Assembly: GCA_965203295.1 (NCBI GenBank)
Contig: CBDBCZ010000014.1
Location: forward strand, 96,001 to 160,000
DNA from: Nitrospirales bacterium
GTDB lineage: Bacteria; Nitrospirota; Nitrospiria; Nitrospirales; UBA8639
Reading direction: 5' to 3'
DNA length: 64,000 bases
Both the position numbers and the translations under genes were made by a program. The first letter of the stretch is position 1, and each line of letters begins with the position of its first letter. The notes beneath the pieces are model-generated. The model did not search any database and was not told the origin of the DNA. It saw only the letters and a program-made list of their open reading frames with translations. This document shows, in pieces, positions 38,101-64,000 of this stretch.

Positions 38101-40464
38101 TTGCAGAGGAGGTTGGACACGGTCATGTGACAGCCTACGTGATCGTGGAGTTGTAAGGATTCTCTATGGAGCTGCCTGTACAGAAGTAGTTTGGTCCAGT
38201 TTCGCCCAAGTTCTGTTATTAATATACAAGAAACGCAGATTTTTGGAATCCCCTTGTGATGCGCTAGGCACTAGGCCCTAGCTAGCGACGGGCTGGGCAC
38301 GAGACCATAGATCATTAACAGTACATAGTCTCCTGCACAAGACTAAACGGTACAGGTGCCTCACCTTTTCAATTTTACTTAGCTTTTTAAGATACACTCG
38401 CAACTTTCATCACAGTGCGGAGTAGTCAGCAGGATACATTATACATACTGAATGACTGGAGAGCGGAAGTGACATCACCGCAAACTTCCTCGAAAGTACG
38501 GGGTTTTGGAGAGTACAGGTATTGCCTCACCTTTTTAATGCAAGTTGTAGTATAAAAGCTTTTGGGCAAATAATATTATGTGTAAATAAAGGTCTTTTCC
38601 AACTGGATCACACCCTGAAAGCGCAAATTCCCGCAAATATCCTCAAACTTCTCCATATGCTGGGTGAATCTCTTCTATATGTACCCTGAGCGGACATCTG
38701 TAATCAGATATGCTTGTAGCAACAGGAATAACCACTTTGTTATTTTTTCAACACCAAACTAATACATTTCTGCACTCTACTATCTATGCTGCTACATAAC
38801 ACTACAAATTGCTATAGTGTGCAGTTACCTGTAGCTGCAAACAGTGCTGTGCAAAGGGCATTGTAGAAAACTACTCCTATAGCTACCAAGTTCTTGCAAG
38901 TTGCAAAACAGTACACGTAGTTTGACTGTGTTTGTTCCCTTACCGTTGCAATTGCTACAGCCTCAACAGGTTGTCAAATTCTATGTGTAGCTACACTGTT
39001 AAAAAAGGGGTGTTAACCAAACACCTTTAGGGGCGCTATAGTCGCCGTGAACACCGAGCTCCCCATGGGTTCTATGTTACACCCTAAACGGTGGTATGTT
39101 ACACCCTAAACGGTGGTATACCACCCTCATGCAGTGTTAAACATACACCCCCAGAGTTCAGGTTAATTTCTGCACTCCCATAATAATAAAACACTCACAA
39201 GTAGCCATTGTGGAATAAACTCAATAAAAATTTAATTGGTGACAACAAAATTGTACAATACAGCATAATATCAGTGTTCAGGTTATTGAAATACAAAAAA
39301 CACTACATGTAGTAGTTCGTGACTTCATGCATTCTTTACTTGCGCTTGTAAGATTGAAGTTCCTTCTGCCACAATGAAGCGGCATGGCTTGTGGGAGTTC
39401 CTTCAGCCACCAGCAGTGCATGGTTGTGACTGCTGTAACTCAGCAGCATCTACTTAGAGATCACAAATTTCCTGCATAGAACAATGTAGAATGTATGTAC
39501 ATAACAGCATGCAGACTTAGTGCTATGCATGCATGGACAAAATGATCAATAGTGGAAGTACTTACCCGGCATAAAGTCAACCACATTCTTGAACGTGGTC
39601 ACACAGCATAGAGTGCCAAGTACTGCAAGGGTGAGAGTAAGTGAACATTCAATAACTCCTGTTCAGTACAATTGGGTGAAGCTTACCCCACCCCCCCACC
39701 CCCAACTAGGTGAAATAAAGTCTTCTCAAAACCATAGCTAGTCTATGTGTGAAACCAGTCCTACACGTACCTCTACAGTATACAGGATTAGTGTAGTTTA
39801 ATCCTCCCCAGAGATGCCATTGTAAGCTAGCTAGATTATGTATCACCCACACAGTTAGGGGAGAGAGGCCACAGCTCTTCCTTTCCAGTTCTTCCATCAT
39901 GGTATAGTTTCTGCAAACAGCTTTCTTTGCTGACCTGTATGGAACAAATGTTTCATAGTACTTTGCTTTGCAGTTACATGTACTGTACATAAATAAGTGT
40001 TATAGCTAACTCAGTTTCACTTACTTTTAGTAGGTCATCTTGGTTGGTGATGGCTCAAACACTTGTGGGAAAGCTCTTGAAACAATTCCAGCAGGACTTG
40101 TCAATGCTAAGCAATAGTAACTATAACTTAACTGTAGCTAGCAATGAGTGGTAGCAGTAACTGTGACAATTTTTGAAAAATTCACACCAGACTACATTCC
40201 AACTACAGGTGACAATAGCACGTATGCATTCTCTTTTTAAAGGGTCAACATTACATCATACAATACTGTACTTTGCCATCTCTTACTGCAAGTTTCCCAG
40301 GCAGGACCTTAAGAAATTTCCAGTAGGGATGTATTACTCGCCTTCGACTTAGCTGTTGTACTTATAATAGTTGTGGGTGAGAGTGGGTAAATATTTAATA
40401 ACTCCCATTCAATACAATTTTGTTACCACATTTAACGTACCCTTGAAGTCTACTATTAAAAAGC

Positions 40465-41305
40465 AGTTCACTAGCGTATAGTCCTACCTCCATCCAAATA
40501 ACCAGGGCTAGTGTTTCAATCCTCCCCTGAATGCTGATGGTTGAAGATGAGAGTGGGTGCACTTTCAATATCTCTTTTTCGATACAGCTTCGATGTTAAT
40601 TGATAGCTCGACTGATAAGGTGTCTAATACAAACTAGTTCACTAGACCAAGTCCTACCTCCATCCCAATAAACAGGATTAGTAGTTCAACCCTCCCCTGA
40701 ATGCTGTGTGTGGGTGTGAGTGGGTGAACAGTCATGACAATAACTCCTTTTCGATACGATTTCGTTAGCTTATCGAAGGTCACACCCCCCTGATAAGTGG
40801 AAGTAAACTCAAAACTAGTTCACTAGTCCTACCTCCATCCCAATAAATAGGAGAAGTAGTTCAACCCTCCCCTGAACGCTGTTGTATTGATGGTTGTGGG
40901 TGAGAGTTGGTGAACAGTAAATAACTCCTTTTCGGTACGATTTCGTTAGCGTATAGAAGGCCACACCCCCCTGATAGGTGGAAGTAAACTCAAAACCAGT
41001 TCACTAATCATAATTACAACTACTGGCTGTGTTCACCAACTCTCACCCACAACCATCACTACAACACCATTCAGGGAAGGGTTGAACTACTTCTCCTGTT
41101 TATTGGGATGGAGGTAGGAGTAGTGAACTGGTTTTGAGTTCACTTCCACCTATCAGGGGGGTGTGACCTTCTATAAGCTAACGAAATCGTACCGAAAAGG
41201 AGTTATTGACTGTTCACCAACTCTCACCCACAACCATCACTACAACAGCATTCAGGGAAGGGTTGAACTACTTCTCCTGTTTATTGGGATGGAGGTAGGA
41301 CTAGT
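40465..41305. repeat. About 181-bp tandem repeat with an inverted second half, inside the CACTA-like element
   Basis: Unit ctagttcactag..tcctacctccatcccaataaa at about 40465, 40634, 40815 and 40996; reverse-complement copies at 41029-41305. Confidence 0.85.
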
Positions 41306-42980
41306 GAGTGAGTCTTATGTCGGTATTCCAGTGCTTGAAAGCCACACCTACTAACACCTTCAATCCCCAAAACACACCTGCATGTCTCCTAAATATTGGG
41401 ATAGGGTTGAAAACATAAGTGAAGGGGGTTTCCTTGTGAACCTAGTGGTCTAAAGGGCCTAGATTGTTTTCCTTGAATAACAAGGACAAATGGGTGAATT
41501 TAAACTAGTATTCGCTCGCTCGTCAACATGAGTTCTTCAGGGAAAATAATGATCAGTGCTATTTTCTGACTATTGGTCCTAGTTAGAATCACACTGGTAT
41601 GGTTTGCCATGCATATCTCACATTTTAGCTGCACAAGGCCAGTAGTTGTAATTATGATTAGTGAGTAAGACTTATGTTGGTATTCCAATGCTTGAAAGCC
41701 GCACCTACTAACACCTTCAATCCCCAAAATACACCTGCATGTCTCCTAACTATTGGGCTGGGGTTGAAAACATAAGTGAAGGAGTCTCCTTGTGAACCTA
41801 GTGGTCTAAAAGGCCTAGATTGTTTTCCTTGAATTATAAGGACAAATGGATGACACCAGTATTTGTTCACTCGTCAACATGAGCTCTTCAGGGGAAATAA
41901 TGATCAGTGCTATTATCTGACTATTGGATCTAGTTGTAATCATACTGGTATGGTTTGCCTTGAATATCTCACATTTCAGTTCCACAAGACCAGAGTTGTG
42001 ACTATGATTAATTATTTCAGTGTGCAAGACTTAGGTCAGTATTATGTTAGTGCTATTTCCTTCACAGTTACAATCAGGTACATGTAGAAGTGAGCTATGC
42101 TCCTAGAGCACTGAACAAGGACATTCTGAAGGCAAAGCTAACTAATATGCTTCAAACCATGCCCAACAGCAAGAAAACAAGTTTGGTTAGGAGATTGAAG
42201 GTGTCAGTAGGTGTGGCTTTCAAGCTATCTAATAGAGCCTAAGTCTTGCTCAGTAAAGCACCTAATTGGGTAGAATTTCTTACCATATGGAGCTATAATG
42301 TGAGATGTTGAGGGCAAACCTAACCAGTATGCTTCAGACCATGCCCAATAGTCAGGAAATTGCTTTAGTTTTCGTTTTCCTTGAGTATCTAGTGTTGACG
42401 AGAGCGCAAGTTTTGTTTCTCCCCCTGTCCTTATTATTCAAGGTAGAAGTGAGCTATGCTCCTAGAGCACTGAACAAGGACATTCTGAAGGCAAAGCCAA
42501 CTAATATGCTTCAAACCATGCCCAACAGCAAGAAAACAAGTTTGGTTAGGAGATTGAAGGTGTCAGTAGGTGTGGCTTTCAAGCTTTCTAATAGAGCCTA
42601 AGTCTTGCTCAGTAAAGCACCTAATTGGGTAGAATTTCTTACCATATGGAGCTATAATGTGAGATGTTGAGGGCAAACCTAACCAGTATGCTTCAGACCA
42701 TGCCCAATAGTCAGGAAATAGCTTTGGTTTCCATTTTCCTTGAGTTGATGAGAACACAAGTTTTGTTTTCTTCTTGTGTCCTTGTTATTCAAGGTAGAAG
42801 TGAGCTATGCCCTTAGAATACTGAACCAAGACATTCTGAAGGCAAAGCCAACTTATATGCTTCAGACCATGCCCAACAGCAAGGAAACAGGTTTGGTGTG
42901 GCAATTGAAGGTGTTAGTAGGTGTGGCTTTCAAGCTTTCTAATGGAGCCTAAGCCCTGCTTAGTAAAGCACCTAATGGTA
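41301..42980. repeat. About 355-bp tandem repeats forming two arrays in opposite orientation
   Basis: Units at about 41301 and 41659, then 42084, 42443 and 42794. The core gcttgaaagccacacctact(a/g)acaccttcaat is forward in the first array and reverse-complemented in the second. Confidence 0.85.
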
Positions 42981-43768
42981 GCTACTTATTCATGACATAC
43001 ACCTAATGGTGATTTCATCTTTTCAAATCAACACATACAGGCATGTCATTCATTCTAGAACTGCTTCATAGTGCCAATGGATTTACATTAAATTTTTCCC
43101 CCTTTGGTTGGAGTGCTTCATTACACCTTAAAGGTGTTAATGGTTTAGTAGGGCGTTTTGCCAACACCCAGGGGTGTCACTACACCGTTTGTTGTCAGGG
43201 TGTTTCACTACACTGCGTAAGGGGTGTTCCACAACACCCCATTTTTAACAGTGTAGCTAGCTACTGAATAACACTTCAAGTAGCAGCTAATACCATACAT
43301 CGGGGGTATTAATAAACTTTTATCGGTATCTTACACGTGTACGATGACGAAAACATACTTTTGTTCACGCGTAAAACCGCGTAAATACCGCCGCAACACG
43401 CGTGGTCGGTGTAGCCTAACCCTAACGCAGGCTGCGAGATAAAATCTGGGTGTGTAAGGCCTGGGTTCGAGGCAATGGTCGCTGAGCGCTAACAGCCATA
43501 CGCTGCGTCAACGAGTGTAACTAACCACTTGTCAAGTTTTGCTAAGGCCACAGAACACGATTTCTTGCGCCAAACGTTCGCTGTGTTGCGATCGTACGCG
43601 GGAAATAGCGCGAATACACGCGAAAACGCGCTTCACGCGGTTTTATCGGGGTATTGACATAATACTAGCCTCGTACCCAGGCCTTCCCCGCACTTGTTTA
43701 TTTTCGCGAGTGCGGGGAAGGCCTGGGTATATACGAGGCTAATATAGTACTATGATTGTGTTGACTAA

Positions 43769-44259
43769 TTACCCCGCGGCGCGTAGGCGGCGGCGGGGTT
43801 AAGCGATTGGTTTGGTCTGTCCGTCCGTTGTCTGTCCACTAAAAAATCGGCCTATCTCGCGATTTACAGGGTTAAGCGATTGTTGCTAAACACGACAGTA
43901 ACATTGAAATCAAAAAAAATGTCCGTGTGTGTACCTGATAGTCGCCAATGCGGTTCCATTCGCTGCATCTGCAGCTCTTTCTTATTTAACAACGGTACAG
44001 TCTGCCATTTTAATACGGTCACAACTAAATACAATGGGGGGCGGGCATATACGGACTCTGGTTACGTGTTCACGTTGGCAATCGGTCACGCCCACCACTT
44101 CCCATAAGATAATATGGATACGCATACACGAGCGCTATACACGAGCGCTGTACACGCTGCGTGCGGATATACACTTTTCCAACTGCTCCATCAACCAAGT
44201 CTGCAGTCCTGCCAGGTCCCAGTTATGAATTATGCACCGCGGGGTATGTCTCTGCTAGT
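43769..44259 (+). mobile_element. Helentron/DINE-1-like non-autonomous element
   Basis: Copy of 15497-16011; taccccgcgg at the 5' end is inverted by ccgcggggta at the 3' end. Confidence 0.75.
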
Positions 44260-45651
44260 CTGTGGCCCACATAGTTCCAGTTAGGGAAGATAGTCACTGG
44301 AATCATAATGTGATACTGACCACCTATATGTTTCCGTGACATGGTGAGTGAACCATCTGGTAGCTATCTGATGACCAAACACACAGCTGCGGAACAACAA
44401 AGCTGTTGAACTGCCGTTGTAGCATTAACCACTATGTTATTCCTCTATAAGGTGACCCATCTTGTACCCTGTATGCAACTGCAGTTATCTACTCAGTAGT
44501 TAAAAATGAATTTTTGTTATGTCAACACCATGCACATACAGCAGATAAACATCTACATCCTCTTACAAGAAAAACATCTTGTATAGTTACATACCTTGGC
44601 TAATTAATGCAATAGGTTATAATTACTAGCTGAAGCATCAGCCAACACTAGTGGGTGTATGTCACATATCGCTATTTACAAACTGTAAGTGCTATGGCTA
44701 GTACCTACCCACATGTTGCTGGCCACTAGAATCTATAGACATACTCTGCCAAATTTATTTGTGGTGAGGAATGTCGCCTGTCAGACATGCGGCCTACTTT
44801 GACGCCTCCAGACTAGCCACTGTGACGTACTTGATCACAACCCATGCGTACTTGAATGCCATCAAAGTTCTCTCTCAGACATGCTCGACTGCCATCATTA
44901 TGATTATATTATCGTGTATATAGTCTAGTGGCCGTTACCAGACAGCAACGAATGTGTAGATATTTGTTACAAAGGCATCAAAGTGTGAAATGGGAATACT
45001 GCTTTACACATGCATAGCTACTATACATGTTACTGTTACCATAATATGATATGCCAGCTCCCGTTAGGGTTCATATGATGCATAGCTACAATTTTGAATC
45101 TAAGCAGGGTATGCTTTCCAAATGCCTCTTCTAGAGTGTGTGTGGTGACCAACTATGAGGAAGCCTCTACTACATACAATCCTCCACCTTACCACCTTCA
45201 GTTTGCCTTTATAATAGGCAGGGTTCAAGGAGTATATAGCTAGTAACCTGACAGTCATGTAATAAATGGGTCACATGCCTGGCGTGACCCAATGTGATGA
45301 CGCTCATTTGGAATCATTAAACTGAATTAGACTTTCCATTTAGCTAAGCGACTCTTTGGCTTCTCCTAATGGGACTGGTGGGTGTGACTGCCCAAAGACT
45401 GTGATAACACTTCCGGTTCTTTAATACTTTCCCACACTCCAATAACTACACAAACTGCACTTCAATCAACCCCACCTGTCTATGAGCTATTCACTGCAAT
45501 TGCTGAGAATGCACTATGCAATGTTGTGGCTAGTTGAGTTGAGGAAGTTCACTTTGCTATATATGAGCAGTGCTCATTGATTTTCATCAGTGTAGCTACA
45601 GTGATATAGTTCAAAAATTCTAAGAATTCCTTTTGAACTGTCTTGTACAGA

Positions 45652-57777
<12,126 letters not shown>

Positions 57778-59199
57778 ACACTCATGCACATCACAACAAT
57801 TCAAGTAACTGCTGCACTGATATACGGATCCAATATTATGCTATGGATACACGTGCAAATTGTGCATTATGGACAACTTTGTTAAGGAATAATCACACTG
57901 TTGTTGTACATTTCCATTTTGAGAACTTGTGCAATTTTTTCTGGGAGCCAATTATGCGAGTTTCACAATTGCACTAGTTTCGCATGTGCGTTCCAACGGT
58001 TGGGGATGGAAAAAGTAGTTACTGAAACACCTAGCCGCAAGCATTATTTCACAATGGTATTATAGACTAGTGCATGATTGCACTGATTTGTGCATATCCA
58101 GAGTAGTATCCTATCAAGGGATACTTAATACTGGCTATTAAGGCCCTATGACTATGGTAGTGAATCTCACCGTGGCCATGATAGGAAATAAGTAGACGAT
58201 TGCTTCGTCCAAGCACAGATCTTCTATAACAGAAGATCCGTGGTTCAAGTGATTTTCTGTAGGCTCTGAGCATAATGCAGTATTTGCTTGTATAGTTACT
58301 AGGCCCTGGCATTTTTTGGCTCACCAAAAATAATTTTAATAGGAAACAGCAACCTGCAACAGTTACTGTGCATGTTGGATTTCAGCTGCTTCGCCAGGTT
58401 TCAATAGCCTTGCAACAGCAAACCAGAAATAGTAAAACCACAGCTATAGCGTATACACGAAGTGTCTTCAAAGCTTGACTGCTGTATCTAGTGGCAAAAT
58501 ATCCCTCTTGGCTCACTAAAAATTCTAATGGGGGGCTGCAACGCAACTGTCGGCTGCCGACAGTGCTGCTGAACTATCAACATGTTTTTGCTGAATAATA
58601 CTATAAGGTATAGGGTGGGATCACTTGGAACGAACTCTTTGTTTGGCAGAACAGACACTGTTGGAAAAATTTTTGTGGGGTCCTATATATAATAAAGGAT
58701 CCCACAAAGTTCTCTCTCAGACGTGCTTGAATGCCATCATTATGATTATATTATCGTGTATATAGTCTAGTGGCCGTTACCAGACAGCAATGAATGTGTA
58801 GATATTTGTTACAAAAGCATCAAAGTGTACCGAGAAATGGGAATACTGGTTTACACATGCATAGTTACCATACATGTTACTGTTACATAATATAATATGC
58901 CAGCTCCCGTGAATGTATGGATTTCTATAACCATTAAAACAGTGACAAATAAGGTGATGTCAGTGAAATTTGAAAATGATTTCAATTTCACTAAACTATC
59001 AGGGCATAGCTACGATTTCGAATCAAGCAGGGTATGGATTTCCAAGTGCCTCTTCTAGAGTGTGTGTGGCGACCAACAACGAGTAAGCCTCTACTACTCT
59101 CCTCCACCCTACCGCCTTCAGTTTGCCTTTATAATAGGCAGGGTTCAGGGAGTGTATAGTAACCTGACAGTCATGTATTAAATGGGTCACATGCCAGGC

Positions 59200-59240
59200 T
59201 AGTCTCGGGGCCAGACTTCACTTCCAGCCCCGCGAGACTA
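59200..59240. mobile_element. 41-bp MITE with a 9-bp TSD upstream of gene C, absent upstream of gene B
   Basis: ATGCCAGGC|TAGTCTCG...CGAGACTA|ATGCCAGGC; the empty site cacatgcctggcgtgacc lies at about 45272-45289. Confidence 0.9.
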
Positions 59241-59320
59241 ATGCCAGGCGTGACCCAATTTAAGGACATTTTTATGAAGCCCATTTGGAATTATTAAAGC
59301 TTAATTAAACTTTCCATTTA

Positions 59321-60135
59321 CCGCATAAATTCTAATTTTCGCCCCTCTAATTATTCGCCACACCCCAGTTTTCCGGAAAAAACACAATTTATTTCCTCCA
59401 ACAAATTCGCATGCTCATTCTGTAATTACTTTTACCAGCCGGAGCGCGCGCAGCGCGCGAACGGCTGGTTCTAAGATTGCTTTACGTTTTACGCGTTTGT
59501 CTGTTTTTTTGTTTGTCTGTCTGTTTGTGCGTCCGCACTTATTACGTGCGCAATACATTACGTCATACGTTACTATGCAACTGCAGTTTATAGCAGCTTT
59601 GGAGGTCTGCAGGCCAAGCTACAGCAAATGAAGATAGTTTTGTGTTGCCTAGATGGCAAAAACGTTGTGGGTATCCGTAAAGATCCTGGTTTTGTGGCAT
59701 ATAGCTACTATCTGTAGGCGCATGACAAAACTGCTGAGTCAGCACTTTCGCTGTATCGCGTTCTACAGCTGTAGTTTTATAATAGACCTTGGCCTAAGCT
59801 GAGTTGTGTGTATTGTACGGGAAAGGCGCCCAGCTGGTTTTTTAGACATGAAGTTTCAGACTTGTTCTAATATTCGCCAGCTGTCGCATGCTCAGTTTCT
59901 ACTAGGCCTAGTATTACTTCCGATTATGTAAGCAGGATTGCCCTGGAGTGTGACTGGCTGATACAGAAAGCCATACCAAGGACAAGGATGCGTCCAAACC
60001 TAACTATGCACGCGCTGTTCCTTATGAATATTGTTATTGCTGTGCTCCATCAGCGCGTAGTAGCGAGAGACAAGCGCAAGCAGGCTTACTTGTTGCAGTT
60101 TGTTATACGTGACTAGCTAGCGTGCTTGCATGTGG
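59321..60135. mobile_element. Composite TA-flanked insertion of about 815 bp, ending about 210 bp upstream of the gene C ATG
   Basis: Gene C has ccattTA[ccgcat...atgtgg]TAagcgact where gene B has ccattTAgcTAagcgact (about 45336-45353). It contains the 59430-59866 repeat. Confidence 0.65.
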
Positions 60136-60343
60136 TAAGCGACTTTTTGGCTTCTCCTAATGGGACTGGTGTGTGTGACTGCCCAAAGACTGATAACACT
60201 TCCGGTTCTTTAATACTTTCCCACACTCCGCCGTACCTCAATCAACCCCACATATGAGCAGCGCTCATTGATTTTCATCAGTGTAGCTACAGTAATATAA
60301 TTCGAAGATTTCTAAGAATTCCTTTTGAACTATCTTGTACAGA

Positions 60344-63782
<3,439 letters not shown>

Positions 63783-64000
63783 GTGAGGATGCAACTGTGC
63801 TTTTTGGTATAGCTAGCCTGTTATCAATTGCAAATAAAAAAAATGCAAATTATAAATACATATCTAGGTTTAGCCAGTACCTGTTTAATTAAATGTGGCC
63901 TGTATTGAATCATAAACACCTTTCAAAACCAGTGCATGAGTAGGCATTTTTGTAACTATGTATTTAGTTATACAGGGATCTGGGCAGCTCTGCCACGCAT

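Larger units (their letters stand above)
38994..43253. mobile_element. Non-autonomous CACTA/EnSpm (CMC)-like DNA transposon, 4.26 kb
   Basis: Left end CACTGTTAAAAAAGGGGTGTT and right end AACACCCCATTTTTAACAGTG match 20/21 as inverted repeats. TA lies on both sides within a tagcta context. Subterminal acaccc/gggtgt repeats and internal tandem arrays are present; no transposase ORF. Confidence 0.8.

Noticed and set aside
40465..42980. Regularly spaced repeats as a possible CRISPR-like array, and ORFs such as 42305-42601
   Set aside because: The units are 181-359 bp tandem copies without unique spacers, there are no cas genes, the context is eukaryotic, and the ORFs are not kept between units.
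45329..45337. NF-kB-like site AGACTTTCC upstream of gene B
   Set aside because: It lacks the GGG half-site and is altered in gene C; too short to support.

Overview
Eukaryotic, intron-rich, repeat-dense animal DNA; a demosponge is my inference from the SRCR/FN3/Ig architecture and compact introns. The window holds a + strand tandem array of three paralogous type-I membrane receptor genes, which I assembled by hand from splice sites and reading phase. Gene A (10066-36046, 25 coding exons, about 1415 aa) reads signal peptide-(SRCR-FN3)x3-FN3-Ig-FN3-FN3 with RRRR site-FN3-6-Cys juxtamembrane domain-TM-short tail ending TTNL. Gene B (45652-57777, 21 exons, about 1233 aa) has two SRCR-FN3 modules. 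Gene C (60344 to beyond 64000) is a recent duplicate of B. Notable points: a spare 7th Cys in every SRCR matched by a single Cys in the next FN3, a hypervariable patch between B and C, exon-restricted homogenisation between A and B, a GC-AG intron and a candidate 24-nt microexon. An orphan PA2G4/EBP1-like first exon with ATT in place of ATG lies head-to-head with gene A. Introns and spacers carry many non-autonomous DNA transposons (a 4.26-kb CACTA-like element, Helitrons, Helentron-like elements, MITEs with 9-bp, TTAA, TTA or TA target duplications) plus micro- and minisatellites. I saw no rRNA, tRNA or CRISPR array.
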